From positions 128,321-192,320 of the forward strand of contig JANQRS010000011.1 in the NCBI GenBank assembly GCA_028284445.1: 64,000 nt of DNA, given 5' to 3'. Below the pieces are notes generated by a model. The model did not search any database. It saw only the letters and a program-made list of their open reading frames with translations, and had not been told where the DNA came from. How positions within the stretch are numbered: position 1 is the stretch's first letter; every line of letters starts with the position of its first letter. The stretch is from Calditrichia bacterium (GTDB lineage Bacteria > Calditrichota > Calditrichia > RBG-13-44-9 > J075). This document shows, piece after piece, positions 48,508 through 57,994 of the stretch. A program made the translations under genes and the position numbers.

Positions 48508-49170
48508 ATGATAAGCCTGATGAAGCATCTTTTGACTGTCTGTGTGTTGGCTTCTTGCCTGGTTCTGCTCGCTGCTTCGCTAGAAGAATCGAGCAACGGA
48601 GATTTCTATCTTCCAATTGACGTAGAAGATCGGCAATCCTGGGACAATGTGGCGTTGACAGCGATCGGTGAATTCGGCGTGGTTCGCAAAGCACGACCAA
48701 CTGTACCGGCACACCTGCATACGGCAGTTGACTTTAAGCGCCCGCTGGACAATTACTCTGATGAACCGGTCTTTGCAATGGCAAGCGGATTTGTGCTCAG
48801 CGTTCGGGATGACGGGCCGTATGCGCAAATCATCATCGGGCACTTTATGGATGAGCAAATGCGTATTTGGTCGGTATATGAACACATTGCCGGCATTGCT
48901 GTGCAGGTTGGCGACGCTGTTGATCCATTTGAGCCGATTGCACGATTCATGAACAGGCAGGAACTGCAGCGCTATGGCTGGCAGTTTGATCATCTTCATT
49001 TTGAGATCCTCAAACGAGAACCGCGGCAATTGATGCCGGATCCCAAGACGCCAAGCCGCTATTTTGGGACTTACTCGCTGGAATGTTATGATGAAGCAGA
49101 ACTCTATCGCAACTATTTTAGCCCTGAGGAATTCTTCGAAGAAAGATGGAAGATGAAGAATGACAATTGA
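48508..49170 (+). CDS. M23 family metallopeptidase (secreted)
   Basis: HxxxD (HLHTAVDF) and HxH (HLHFE) zinc motifs. Signal peptide. Confidence 0.65.
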   Translation: MISLMKHLLTVCVLASCLVLLAASLEESSNGDFYLPIDVEDRQSWDNVALTAIGEFGVVRKARPTVPAHLHTAVDFKRPLDNYSDEPVFAMASGFVLSVRDDGPYAQIIIGHFMDEQMRIWSVYEHIAGIAVQVGDAVDPFEPIARFMNRQELQRYGWQFDHLHFEILKREPRQLMPDPKTPSRYFGTYSLECYDEAELYRNYFSPEEFFEERWKMKNDN

Positions 49171-49282
49171 AGATCGAAAGAGAAACAGCCTCATTTGGAA
49201 TCTTTTGTTTTGGAATTTGAAAATTAATTTTCTGTAACGGGTGCCTGAAAATCCACTAACCCGAATAGTGAGGAGGTCATAT

Positions 49283-49567
49283 ATGACCACTGTGAACAGG
49301 CTCGGTGTTTTGTCTTTTGCGCGTTTTCAGGGGCTGCTTTGTGCGTTCCTGGGATTGCTGGCAGGCATTCTATATTCGTTTGGCGGTTTGATATACGATA
49401 TTGTGACGACCGGCGGAGTCAATGCCGGGACCGCCCTGGCCTTTCTGGCCTTAGTGGGAATGCCGGCCATCTTCGCTGTTGTTGGATTCATGGGAGGCAT
49501 TGCTGAAGCCATCTGTTTTAACTTGTTTGTGCAGCGCTTCGGCGGCGTGGAACTTGAGCTAGGATAA
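49283..49567 (+). CDS. small hypothetical membrane protein
   Basis: Two to three TM helices. GAGGAGG RBS. Confidence 0.35.
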   Translation: MTTVNRLGVLSFARFQGLLCAFLGLLAGILYSFGGLIYDIVTTGGVNAGTALAFLALVGMPAIFAVVGFMGGIAEAICFNLFVQRFGGVELELG

Positions 49568-49607
49568 ACTTCGATCTGTGTCGAAAGCTCTCCAGAAAGA
49601 GAAATAA

Positions 49608-50150
49608 ATGATGACAGATTTTCGCATAGAAACTGAGCGCTTGATTTTGCGCCGCTGGCGTGATTCAGATAGAAAACCCTTTTCCAAAATGAACGCAGAC
49701 CCTAAAGTTATGCGTTATTTTCCGAAGCGGCTTACAGAGGAAGTAAGCAATCACATGGTTGATATTATCGAAGCAGAATTTGAAGAATGCGGCTTCGGTT
49801 TGTTTGCAGTTGAATTGCAAAAAGGTAGTGATTTTATCGGCTATGTCGGCCTTCACCGTCCGTCATTCGAAGCGCATTTCACCCCGGCTGTTGAAATTGC
49901 CTGGCGACTCAACTGGCCCTTCTGGCGACGGGGATATGCCAGTGAAGCTGCGCGGTCGGTCCTGGATTTTGCACGTGATGTTGTTCGATTGGAAGAGGTT
50001 GTATCTTTTACATCGACCCTCAATTTACCATCCATTGGCGTGATGAAGAAAATCGGCATGGTCTGTGATCCGGCTGAGAACTTCATGCATCCGAAGTTGC
50101 CCGTTGCTCACGAACTTCGCGAACATGTCTTGTATCGCACGAGATTCTGA
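49608..50150 (+). CDS. GNAT family N-acetyltransferase (RimJ/RimL-like)
   Basis: LRRWRDSD N-motif and GNAT core. Confidence 0.75.
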   Translation: MMTDFRIETERLILRRWRDSDRKPFSKMNADPKVMRYFPKRLTEEVSNHMVDIIEAEFEECGFGLFAVELQKGSDFIGYVGLHRPSFEAHFTPAVEIAWRLNWPFWRRGYASEAARSVLDFARDVVRLEEVVSFTSTLNLPSIGVMKKIGMVCDPAENFMHPKLPVAHELREHVLYRTRF

Positions 50151-50209
50151 AATGTCACGATTACGGTTCTACAGAGTCAGATCATTCCTGGAATAAACGG
50201 AGGTCTCTT

Positions 50210-50848
50210 TTGCTGACGCTTCCTGATTTACTCGTATTTGTAACCGCAACATTGATTTTACTCCTCACCCCGGGACCGGCCGTCTTCTATATCGTCGGTC
50301 GGACAATGGACGAGGGACGCCTGGCCGGAGCGGTATCTATTCTTGGTATTAGCGTCGGGACACTGGTGCACATTGCCGCCGCAGCATTTGGCGTGTCCAT
50401 CATATTTGCTTCATCGGAGATGGCCTTTAATTTGATGAAATTGGCTGGCGCAGCTTATCTAATCTATCTTGGCTTTCGAACGTGGCAAAGCAAAACAACT
50501 GCCGCGTCCATTGACATAGACCGGAAAGCAAATTTGCGCTCGGTTTTCTATCAAGGCATTTGGGTGAATTTGCTGAACCCGAAGGCTGCGTTGTTCTTCC
50601 TGGCCTTTCTGCCACAATTTGTTGATCCGGCGGCGGGCAATGTGCCATTGCAGATAATATTGCTCGGAGCCTTGTTCCTCGCTTTGGCCATTACCAGCGA
50701 TGGGGTCTTCGTCGTCCTCGCTGATGCCCTTGGCAATTGGTTGAGAAAAGAGACTCGCTTCCTTCTCTATCAAACGAAGTTCAGTGCCGTCATCTATATT
50801 TTGCTTGGCATCGCGACGCTATTTGCCGGCACCGGGAGGAAGCACTAA
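50210..50848 (+). CDS. LysE/RhtB family amino-acid exporter
   Basis: LLTPGPAVFYIV signature. Six TM helices. TTG start with an ACGGAGG RBS. Confidence 0.75.
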   Translation: MLTLPDLLVFVTATLILLLTPGPAVFYIVGRTMDEGRLAGAVSILGISVGTLVHIAAAAFGVSIIFASSEMAFNLMKLAGAAYLIYLGFRTWQSKTTAASIDIDRKANLRSVFYQGIWVNLLNPKAALFFLAFLPQFVDPAAGNVPLQIILLGALFLALAITSDGVFVVLADALGNWLRKETRFLLYQTKFSAVIYILLGIATLFAGTGRKH

Positions 50849-50863
50849 GTGAATTGGGAGAAA

Positions 50864-52132
50864 ATGAAGCACATCCACATGAAATCAATTCTGTTCCTCC
50901 TTTTTGTCTACACATATCCGGCAGTGACTCAACCGAAGCCAGACGAGAATGAAAGCCTGAGAGCTAGAAAGTTTGAACTTGCTTCTGACTTGTACTTCGA
51001 TGCGATTGAAAATGCCAATCGTGGTCGTTTTGAAGATGCACAAGACCAAATTGGAATGGCCTTAACCTTAAATCCGAAAAGTGAACCGTTGCAACTCTAT
51101 AAACGACTCCTGGATGATGTTTTGGCTAAAAGAGTCTCCAAAGATGTTGCCCGCAAGATATTCCGAACAGTCAGAAGCAATGACACCGCTAGAATACTGG
51201 AACTGCTGGAGAAAGCGTTGGATTCAGACCCCGGTTATGCCCTCACTTATTTGCGGCGTGGATACGTATTTCAATTTAATGGCGCTCCTGAAAAAGCATT
51301 CGCTGATTACAAAAAAGCTGTGGAACTTGCCCCGGACTTCTGTCTGGCCCATGCTTTCCTTGGACGGGTTTATCGAAGCAGAAAAGATTATCAAAACACG
51401 ATTCAGAGCATTGAAAAAGCAATTGAGATCGACTCGCTATGCGCCATCACCTTTGACGATTTAGTCGCTGCCTATAACATGACCGGGGATTGCCGGAAGG
51501 CTTTAACGACATTTCAACGGTTTGCTGAGCGAAAATCCGGAAGAATCTACTTTAGTGACCATGTCTATGAATGTTACCTGACCCAAGGGCAAGCGCACCG
51601 CAAGAACAGAGAATACGAGAAAGCTCTGAGCAAGTTGAATCTTCTCGTAGACGTTTTTCCCGACTTTCATATGGTATTCAGAGAGCGGGGGGTCATTTTC
51701 ATGGAAATGCAACGCTACGCGGATGCACATTCAGACTTTACCACATCGATTCAATTGAATGCGGATGATCAAACCGGTTTCTATCACCGCGGCAAGGCCA
51801 ACATCAAATTGAAGAAATACGAAGATGCGATTTCTGACCTGGAACATTATACCCTGGCAGACTCTAAAAACGCCTCAGGATTCTACCAACTCGCCCAGGC
51901 TTTCAGCGCCGACGGAAATTATGAGAAAGCAATTGTCGCCTACGAGAGCGTTATTACCCTGGAGCCGAGTCACGCCTGGGCCTATTATCAAATGGCCTTT
52001 GCGTGTGAAAAAGCCGGCAAACATGATGCTGCTATTGATGCCTACCTTCATTTTGTTGATCATGCACCGTCTGACTACACGCAGCATATAGCCAGAGCAA
52101 AGGATCGAATTGCTGCGCTGACGAGACGCTAA
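50864..52132 (+). CDS. secreted tetratricopeptide (TPR) repeat protein
   Basis: Signal peptide. Multiple 34-aa TPR units (A..Y...G..Y...A...F...P). Confidence 0.7.
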   Translation: MKHIHMKSILFLLFVYTYPAVTQPKPDENESLRARKFELASDLYFDAIENANRGRFEDAQDQIGMALTLNPKSEPLQLYKRLLDDVLAKRVSKDVARKIFRTVRSNDTARILELLEKALDSDPGYALTYLRRGYVFQFNGAPEKAFADYKKAVELAPDFCLAHAFLGRVYRSRKDYQNTIQSIEKAIEIDSLCAITFDDLVAAYNMTGDCRKALTTFQRFAERKSGRIYFSDHVYECYLTQGQAHRKNREYEKALSKLNLLVDVFPDFHMVFRERGVIFMEMQRYADAHSDFTTSIQLNADDQTGFYHRGKANIKLKKYEDAISDLEHYTLADSKNASGFYQLAQAFSADGNYEKAIVAYESVITLEPSHAWAYYQMAFACEKAGKHDAAIDAYLHFVDHAPSDYTQHIARAKDRIAALTRR

Positions 52133-52213
52133 TACGCAAAGTATTGCATTGTTGTTTTCAGGAGCCCTATATTGACATTCACCCTTAACAATAAATTAAG
52201 AAGGGGCGCTCAC

Positions 52214-52738
52214 ATGGCATTTGACCTGCAAAACACTATCGACATCTTGAAGCGAACACCTTTTGTAATGGATGCCTTGTTGCGTCGTCTCGATCAAAGC
52301 TGGACAACCGCCGATGAAGGTCCCGATACCTGGAGTCCCATCGTGATCATTGGCCATTTGATTCACGGTGAAGAAACCGACTGGATTCCTCGTGCGCAAA
52401 TCATTCTTGAACACGGCACGGGCCGCCCCTTTGACCCTTATGACCGCTTCGCACAATTTAAACGCTTTGGCGACTGGCCGATGGAAAGGCTACTTGATCG
52501 TTTTGCTGATTTACGAGAAAGCAATTTGCAGATCCTCGCAGGCTGGGAATTATCTGAGACACAGCTGAGCTTACCGGGCCAGCATCCGGCGCTGGGCGCC
52601 GTCACATTGCGTCAGCTCCTGGCAACCTGGGCGGCACATGACCTCGGACATATTGCTCAGGTTGTTCGGGCGATGGCCAAATACTATAAGCAGGACGTAG
52701 GTCCCTGGGTGGAATATCTATCGATAATGAATCGCTGA
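52214..52738 (+). CDS. DinB/YfiT-like (DinB_2) metal-dependent hydrolase-fold protein
   Basis: Four-helix bundle His ligands (IIGHLIHGEE...HDLGHIAQ). Confidence 0.6.
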   Translation: MAFDLQNTIDILKRTPFVMDALLRRLDQSWTTADEGPDTWSPIVIIGHLIHGEETDWIPRAQIILEHGTGRPFDPYDRFAQFKRFGDWPMERLLDRFADLRESNLQILAGWELSETQLSLPGQHPALGAVTLRQLLATWAAHDLGHIAQVVRAMAKYYKQDVGPWVEYLSIMNR

Positions 52739-52850
52739 GTGCATAGTTTGGATGTATCCCGCACAGCCAAAAACCGCATTCTGATTGGAGCCAACTTGCT
52801 CCTATTCTTCATAGTTTGCTGGAAGATCAGTATACCAGGTTGCAAATGAG

Positions 52851-53753
52851 ATGCCGCGTGAAATTCAAATCAAGTCTATTCTCAACAAAAGCAAGAAGCG
52901 CGATAGCTGGTTTCTGAGTGACTACACGGCTAACCTCTATAGTAGCTGCTCCTTCAATTGTCTCTATTGTTACATTCGCGGTAGTAAGTATGGCACCAAT
53001 CTTGAAACGAGTCTGTCTGTTAAGACCAATGCCATTGAGGTGTTGGATCGCCAGCTGGCAAATCGCGCCCGCAAAGGACAATATGGATTTATTGTTCTTT
53101 CCTCCGCAACAGATCCTTACCTACAAATCGAAAAGAAGTATCAACTTACACGAGAGGCGCTGAAACTTATCCTCAAACATCGTTTTCCGCTGCATATTCT
53201 CACCAAGTCGAATTTGATTGAGCGCGATTTCGACCTGTTGCATCAAATCCAGCAAGCCGCTGTTTTGCCAAAGGGGCTGGAGCGAATAGGGAAGGGGCTG
53301 ATTGTCTCCTTCTCGTTTTCCACCTGCCTGGACGAGGTCGCTGAAATATTTGAGCCAGGGGCAACGCCGCCCTCTGAACGACTCCTTGCAGTTGATAAGA
53401 GTGTCGCTGAAGGATTCCGCACAGGCATCAGCATGATGCCCTTTATCCCCTATGTATCTGACACTGGCGATCAGCTGCACTTCATGTTTAAAACTATGAA
53501 GGAACACCGGGTCAATTATATACTACCGGCGACGATAACGCTCTTTGGAAGCGGAAAAGCGGACAGCAAAACTCTCATGCTCAACGCAATTCGCAAACAC
53601 TACCCGGAATTGGGAGAAAGATACGAGCGACTCTTCGCGAATAGCACGGAATTGCCGCGCTATTATCGCAACGCGTTCTATGTGAAGACACAGGAGCTGT
53701 GTCGAGAGTATGGGTTAGTTAATGGAATAATAGAGAGCGTTGGACACAAATAG
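52851..53753 (+). CDS. radical SAM protein, SplB-like (DNA photolyase family)
   Basis: CxxxCxxC cluster (CSFNCLYCY). Size and pattern of the COG1533/SplB-like family. Confidence 0.7.
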   Translation: MPREIQIKSILNKSKKRDSWFLSDYTANLYSSCSFNCLYCYIRGSKYGTNLETSLSVKTNAIEVLDRQLANRARKGQYGFIVLSSATDPYLQIEKKYQLTREALKLILKHRFPLHILTKSNLIERDFDLLHQIQQAAVLPKGLERIGKGLIVSFSFSTCLDEVAEIFEPGATPPSERLLAVDKSVAEGFRTGISMMPFIPYVSDTGDQLHFMFKTMKEHRVNYILPATITLFGSGKADSKTLMLNAIRKHYPELGERYERLFANSTELPRYYRNAFYVKTQELCREYGLVNGIIESVGHK

Positions 53754-53857
53754 TAGCACACCCCGTCAAAATTTATCATTTTCCAAAATTGATACCCTTG
53801 TTGCTAATTATCATTAGATAGATGCGTATCTTTGCTTTATCGCCGTGAGGCTTAAAC

Positions 53858-54403
53858 ATGAATAAGTTGCTTCCAGTCGCTGCAATATTTGTATGTCTGC
53901 TTTCCACCGTTATAGCAGGACAAATGGAATCTATGCAGGAAAGTTCGAAACTTAGACTGGGCATAAGTTTTCACGTGCCGCGTTTGCTGGTCTTTTCACT
54001 GGACTACTATGCGACGGAGAGAACGTTTTGGCAGATTAGCATCGGTGGGGCGCCGCACTTCGTCAATTTCGGGGCTTCATTTAATTACCTTTTTGACGCG
54101 GAAAAACCGAGGTCATTTGCTCGTGTTGCCTTAACGCACTACACCTTTGGAGCGGCCTGGCCGCGATCGCAAGTTAGTACTGATAAGCCGATGGTGCGAG
54201 ATGGTTCATTTTCAGTAATTGATCTCGGATTTGGACATCAATTCCGCGCTCGGAAAAATTCCTGGTTCGTTGCGGGCGGCCCCGGCTATGTCTTTCGGCA
54301 ACAAAAGACATTTGTGAATAGGAGCGGTCAAACGGTGACAAGAAAGACAGATGATTATAAGTGGTTCGGCTTCTTCGAGCTGGGCGGCTATTACAGAAAC
54401 TAG
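53858..54403 (+). CDS. outer-membrane beta-barrel protein (hypothetical)
   Basis: Signal peptide. Amphipathic strands. C-terminal YYRN. Confidence 0.4.
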   Translation: MNKLLPVAAIFVCLLSTVIAGQMESMQESSKLRLGISFHVPRLLVFSLDYYATERTFWQISIGGAPHFVNFGASFNYLFDAEKPRSFARVALTHYTFGAAWPRSQVSTDKPMVRDGSFSVIDLGFGHQFRARKNSWFVAGGPGYVFRQQKTFVNRSGQTVTRKTDDYKWFGFFELGGYYRN

Positions 54404-54438
54404 ATATTGGCAGATTATTAAAAAGGAAGATAATACCT

Positions 54439-54840
54439 ATGGGCACGGTTCTTGGTTTGTTACTCATAGTGGTCTTTCTAATATGCTTCGCAATCTCAAA
54501 GACAAAGGCCCGCCAGCGTCGGCCGCAAATAGTCGATATGATCTGCATTCAATGCGGAGAGGTGTTGGGAATCAGCTCGTTGGAATTGGGACAAGCAAGA
54601 GATAGTGCCAAGAAACGTAAATATCAAAATGAGTTGGGAGCCACTCATGTCAATCGCCTCTGGCATTTTGTTGCTGTTTGTGAGAACTGCGGTATCGAGT
54701 ATGTTCAAATTAGGAATCAAGACACGATCCGTGATCTACCGGGGTTGATAGCTGAAATGGCGCATCAGAAAAACGAATATGCTCTTTTGATGAAACAGCG
54801 TCGTGAATATTGGAGAAATATCTTGAAAGCAAACGAGTGA
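54439..54840 (+). CDS. membrane-anchored zinc-ribbon protein (hypothetical)
   Basis: N-terminal TM. CxxC...CxxC pair (CIQCGE / CENCGIEY). Good RBS. Confidence 0.35.
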   Translation: MGTVLGLLLIVVFLICFAISKTKARQRRPQIVDMICIQCGEVLGISSLELGQARDSAKKRKYQNELGATHVNRLWHFVAVCENCGIEYVQIRNQDTIRDLPGLIAEMAHQKNEYALLMKQRREYWRNILKANE

Positions 54841-54853
54841 GAGGAGAAGCTAA

Positions 54854-55909
54854 ATGAAATATTTGTGGATATTGACAGTCTTACTGGTGAGCTGTAGTGG
54901 CTCATTTCAAATCCCGAAGCCGTCCAGGCAGGCCGTGCCGTCGACCGCGGAACAGAAAGAGAAAATTGAGCGCGGCATTGACCTGCACGATCAGGGCAAA
55001 TTCAGCCAGGCGGTTGCTGTCTACGAAGAAGTCCTGGCCGCCAATCCGGCCAATGTCTTCGCAATGTATGAAATCGCCTACTCGCTAACGCGCCTGGGCA
55101 ACACCCAGGCCAGTCTTGATCATGCCATTCATGGACTCGGGTATGAATCGCCTCATGCTTCGAAGCTGGCGATCCTTGCTGGTAACAATTCAGACATGCT
55201 AGGTAAGACTGAGCAAGCTATCAAGCTCTACCAATATGCCCTAACTATAACCCCAAATGACCACATGGTGCACTATAACATGGGTGTCACCTATTTCGGA
55301 CAAAAGAATCTCGAGGCTGCCGAAGCGAGCTTTCTTAGATCTCTTGAGCTCAACCCTGCTCATGCTTCTACACATATTGGCCTCGCTGAAGTGTATATCG
55401 ACATGGGGAAGCAGCTTGAAGCGATTTTCCTTTTGACAAAGTTCCTGATACTTGAACCCAATACGCGCCGTGCCTCGACAGCCCTTGGATACTTAGAGAA
55501 GCTGATGGCCGCTGGGGTAAGCCAAGAGGGGAAAGGTGAGGTGACTGTGAACCTCTTCGGCGCCTTGGGAGGGGAAAGCAACTATTTTACCACGGCTGAG
55601 TTGGCCTTTAAGCTGACGCGATCGATGCGATTCACTGAGGATGATGGAAAAATATCAGAGCTGGATCGTCGCCTAAAGGAATTTGAAATGCTTTTTGGCG
55701 CCGTCAATGGCGACAAAGTAAAGACCGATGGCTCATTCCTGGAAAAGTATCTGTTAGCATATTTTAGCGACCTAAAGGACGCAGGACATACAGAGGCCTG
55801 CGTTTATTATATCCATCAAATTGCGGATCACAAGGACATTCAAAAATGGCTGTCCGAGAATTCTGTGGCCATAGGGCATTTTAAGAAATGGCATCGCGAT
55901 TATCCGTAA
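54854..55909 (+). CDS. TPR-repeat lipoprotein
   Basis: Lipobox (LLVSCSG). TPR units. Confidence 0.7.
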   Translation: MKYLWILTVLLVSCSGSFQIPKPSRQAVPSTAEQKEKIERGIDLHDQGKFSQAVAVYEEVLAANPANVFAMYEIAYSLTRLGNTQASLDHAIHGLGYESPHASKLAILAGNNSDMLGKTEQAIKLYQYALTITPNDHMVHYNMGVTYFGQKNLEAAEASFLRSLELNPAHASTHIGLAEVYIDMGKQLEAIFLLTKFLILEPNTRRASTALGYLEKLMAAGVSQEGKGEVTVNLFGALGGESNYFTTAELAFKLTRSMRFTEDDGKISELDRRLKEFEMLFGAVNGDKVKTDGSFLEKYLLAYFSDLKDAGHTEACVYYIHQIADHKDIQKWLSENSVAIGHFKKWHRDYP

Positions 55910-55928
55910 ACTCTGCTAAATTAGCGTT

Positions 55929-56015
55929 ATCAAGCATCAAGCATCAAGCATCAAGCATCAAGCATCAAGCATCAAGCATCAAGCATCAAGCATCAAGCAT
56001 CAAACATCAAGCATC
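55929..56015. repeat. heptanucleotide microsatellite (ATCAAGC) x about 12.4
   Basis: Directly visible: 11 perfect copies, 1 single-mismatch copy and a partial copy. Lies in the intergenic region 24 nt upstream of the GNAT 56039 start. Confidence 0.95.
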
Positions 56016-56038
56016 CAAATCTGCAAGTCGGTAAGGAG

Positions 56039-56467
56039 GTGATGATGAAAGATATTCAAATCAAGATTTCAACCATCGATGACCTTCCCGCGCTCATCGA
56101 AGCCGGGGATGACCTTTTTGATTACGAAGTGAAGCCGGAGAGGGCCAAAGAATTCTTTGCGGACCAGCGGCATCATTTGGTTGTCGCCTGGCATAATGAT
56201 AAGATTGTCGGCATGGTGTCTGCGCTTGACTATGTTCATCCCGACAAAGACTTGTCTTTGTTCATCAACGAAGCATCGGTAGTCGAAGCATATCAAAACC
56301 GCGGCATCGGTCGTGAAATGATGAAGTTTATGGTCGCCTACGGACGGGAGCTGGGGTGTGGTGAGATCTGGGTAGCAACAGAAGCTTCAAACACTCAGGC
56401 GCGCAAGGCATATGCCGCAGCCGGTGGTCGTGAAGACGATGAGCCTGTGGTGTTGATTGAGTTCTAG
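56039..56467 (+). CDS. GNAT family N-acetyltransferase
   Basis: YQNRGIGREMM acetyl-CoA motif. Strong AAGGAGG RBS. Confidence 0.75.
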   Translation: MMMKDIQIKISTIDDLPALIEAGDDLFDYEVKPERAKEFFADQRHHLVVAWHNDKIVGMVSALDYVHPDKDLSLFINEASVVEAYQNRGIGREMMKFMVAYGRELGCGEIWVATEASNTQARKAYAAAGGREDDEPVVLIEF

Positions 56468-56502
56468 AATCAAAACAATTTTGCCAAAGAAGAAGGTGTG
56501 AA

Positions 56503-56988
56503 ATGAATTTAGTACCTATAACGACCTGTATTGCGCTACTTGTATTGTGCATATTATCCTGCGATCACCATGAAGGACATCATGATCATTCTGATCATGG
56601 TGATTCGCACAGTCATTCGAGTCAACAGCACGCATCCAGTCACGACACTCATGCATCGTCAACAGAAAACCTACGCCTCAATGGCGACGATAAATGGCAA
56701 ATGGATGGTCATACTAGAAAGATGTTTGCCGAGATGACTGCTCGATTTCAGGATATTAATCACTCCAGCTTGAGTCAGTCTCAACTCAAGATACTCGGCG
56801 CAGACCTGGAAAAGGACCTTGAGAAATTGATTGCCGGCTGCACAATGGAAGGTGAAGCGCATGAAGAATTGCACAAATACTTAACGGCATATATGCCAAC
56901 AGTACAGCAACTGGCAATGGAAGGTGCGCCGGAACAGGCCGATGACATTGTTTCATTACTGGCACTATTTTCGAATTACTTTGAATAA
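56503..56988 (+). CDS. histidine-rich lipoprotein (putative metal-binding)
   Basis: Lipobox (ILSC). Immediately followed by DHHEGHHDHSDHGDSHSHSSQQHASSHDTHASS. Confidence 0.5.
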   Translation: MNLVPITTCIALLVLCILSCDHHEGHHDHSDHGDSHSHSSQQHASSHDTHASSTENLRLNGDDKWQMDGHTRKMFAEMTARFQDINHSSLSQSQLKILGADLEKDLEKLIAGCTMEGEAHEELHKYLTAYMPTVQQLAMEGAPEQADDIVSLLALFSNYFE

Positions 56989-57161
56989 GAAGAAGCGAAG
57001 CCATTATGGGTGGCTAGCGATAATGACAGCTATATTTTCATTGGAATACAATCGAAGCAGTTTATATATTGATGCTTTAATTTGATGATGCGTCGCTCGC
57101 CACTTCAGACCACGCCGCTCATGCGAAATGATCAAAACTGCTCATTCAAATCATAGATTCC

Positions 57162-57977
57162 ATGCAAAAAACGATCGTAAGAACGCTCTCAACCCTTTTC
57201 CCGGGAGCAATGGTTAACCTCGCCTATCGCAAACTGACATCTCCGCAAATTCGTAAACTCCGCGACAACGAGCTGATTGTCCTTGATCAGGCAGAAAAGA
57301 CAATTTTCCCATTTAAGGGATTTGAGATTCAGACCTATAAGTGGGCAGGCGGTGGAAACAGCGTCTTGCTGGTTCATGGCTGGGAAGGCCAGGCCGGTAA
57401 CTTCTCTGATTTAGTGGTAAAATTACGGGAAGCCAACTATACCATTTATGCCTTCGATGGGCCATCACATGGGTTTAGCAGCAGGGGAGAGACCAGCTTG
57501 TTTGAATTTCGTGAATTGACCGGACTGCTAATTCACAAGCTGGGCGTGCGAAAACTGGTGAGTCACAGCTTTGGTGGTGTAGCTACAATCTGGGCAATGA
57601 TCGACAATCCGGAATTGGAGATAGATAAGTATGCGCTATTAACAACACCGGATCGCTTTCGTGATCGCATTCAGGATGTTGCCGATCAAGCGGGCATTAC
57701 GGACAAAGTAAGAGACCGCCTGATCGCCCGTCTTGAAACGGAAATTGATATACCCATCGAAGATACCAACGTCAGCGATTTTGCCGCGCAGACGAATATT
57801 GCCAGTGCCCGGATATGGCACGATGAGAATGACCGCGTGATTCCAATTGCGCAATCGCAAAACGTGTGCGATAAATGGCCGGTCTGTGACATGCGTGTGG
57901 TTTCAGGAACGGGACATTTTCGTATTTTGCGTGATGAGGATGTACTTAAGCAGGTTGTCGAGTTTCTGGATGCTTAA
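57162..57977 (+). CDS. alpha/beta hydrolase
   Basis: SHSFGG nucleophile elbow. HGW oxyanion region. Confidence 0.7.
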   Translation: MQKTIVRTLSTLFPGAMVNLAYRKLTSPQIRKLRDNELIVLDQAEKTIFPFKGFEIQTYKWAGGGNSVLLVHGWEGQAGNFSDLVVKLREANYTIYAFDGPSHGFSSRGETSLFEFRELTGLLIHKLGVRKLVSHSFGGVATIWAMIDNPELEIDKYALLTTPDRFRDRIQDVADQAGITDKVRDRLIARLETEIDIPIEDTNVSDFAAQTNIASARIWHDENDRVIPIAQSQNVCDKWPVCDMRVVSGTGHFRILRDEDVLKQVVEFLDA

Positions 57978-57994
57978 ACTGAATTAAGGTCTTT

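Noticed and set aside
48580-49290. 236 aa ORF on the minus strand
   Set aside because: Antisense to the M23 peptidase and small membrane protein genes. No domain. Shadow ORF.
55929-56015. Possible CRISPR array
   Set aside because: The unit is 7 nt with no spacers. It is a microsatellite, not a CRISPR array, and no cas genes are present.
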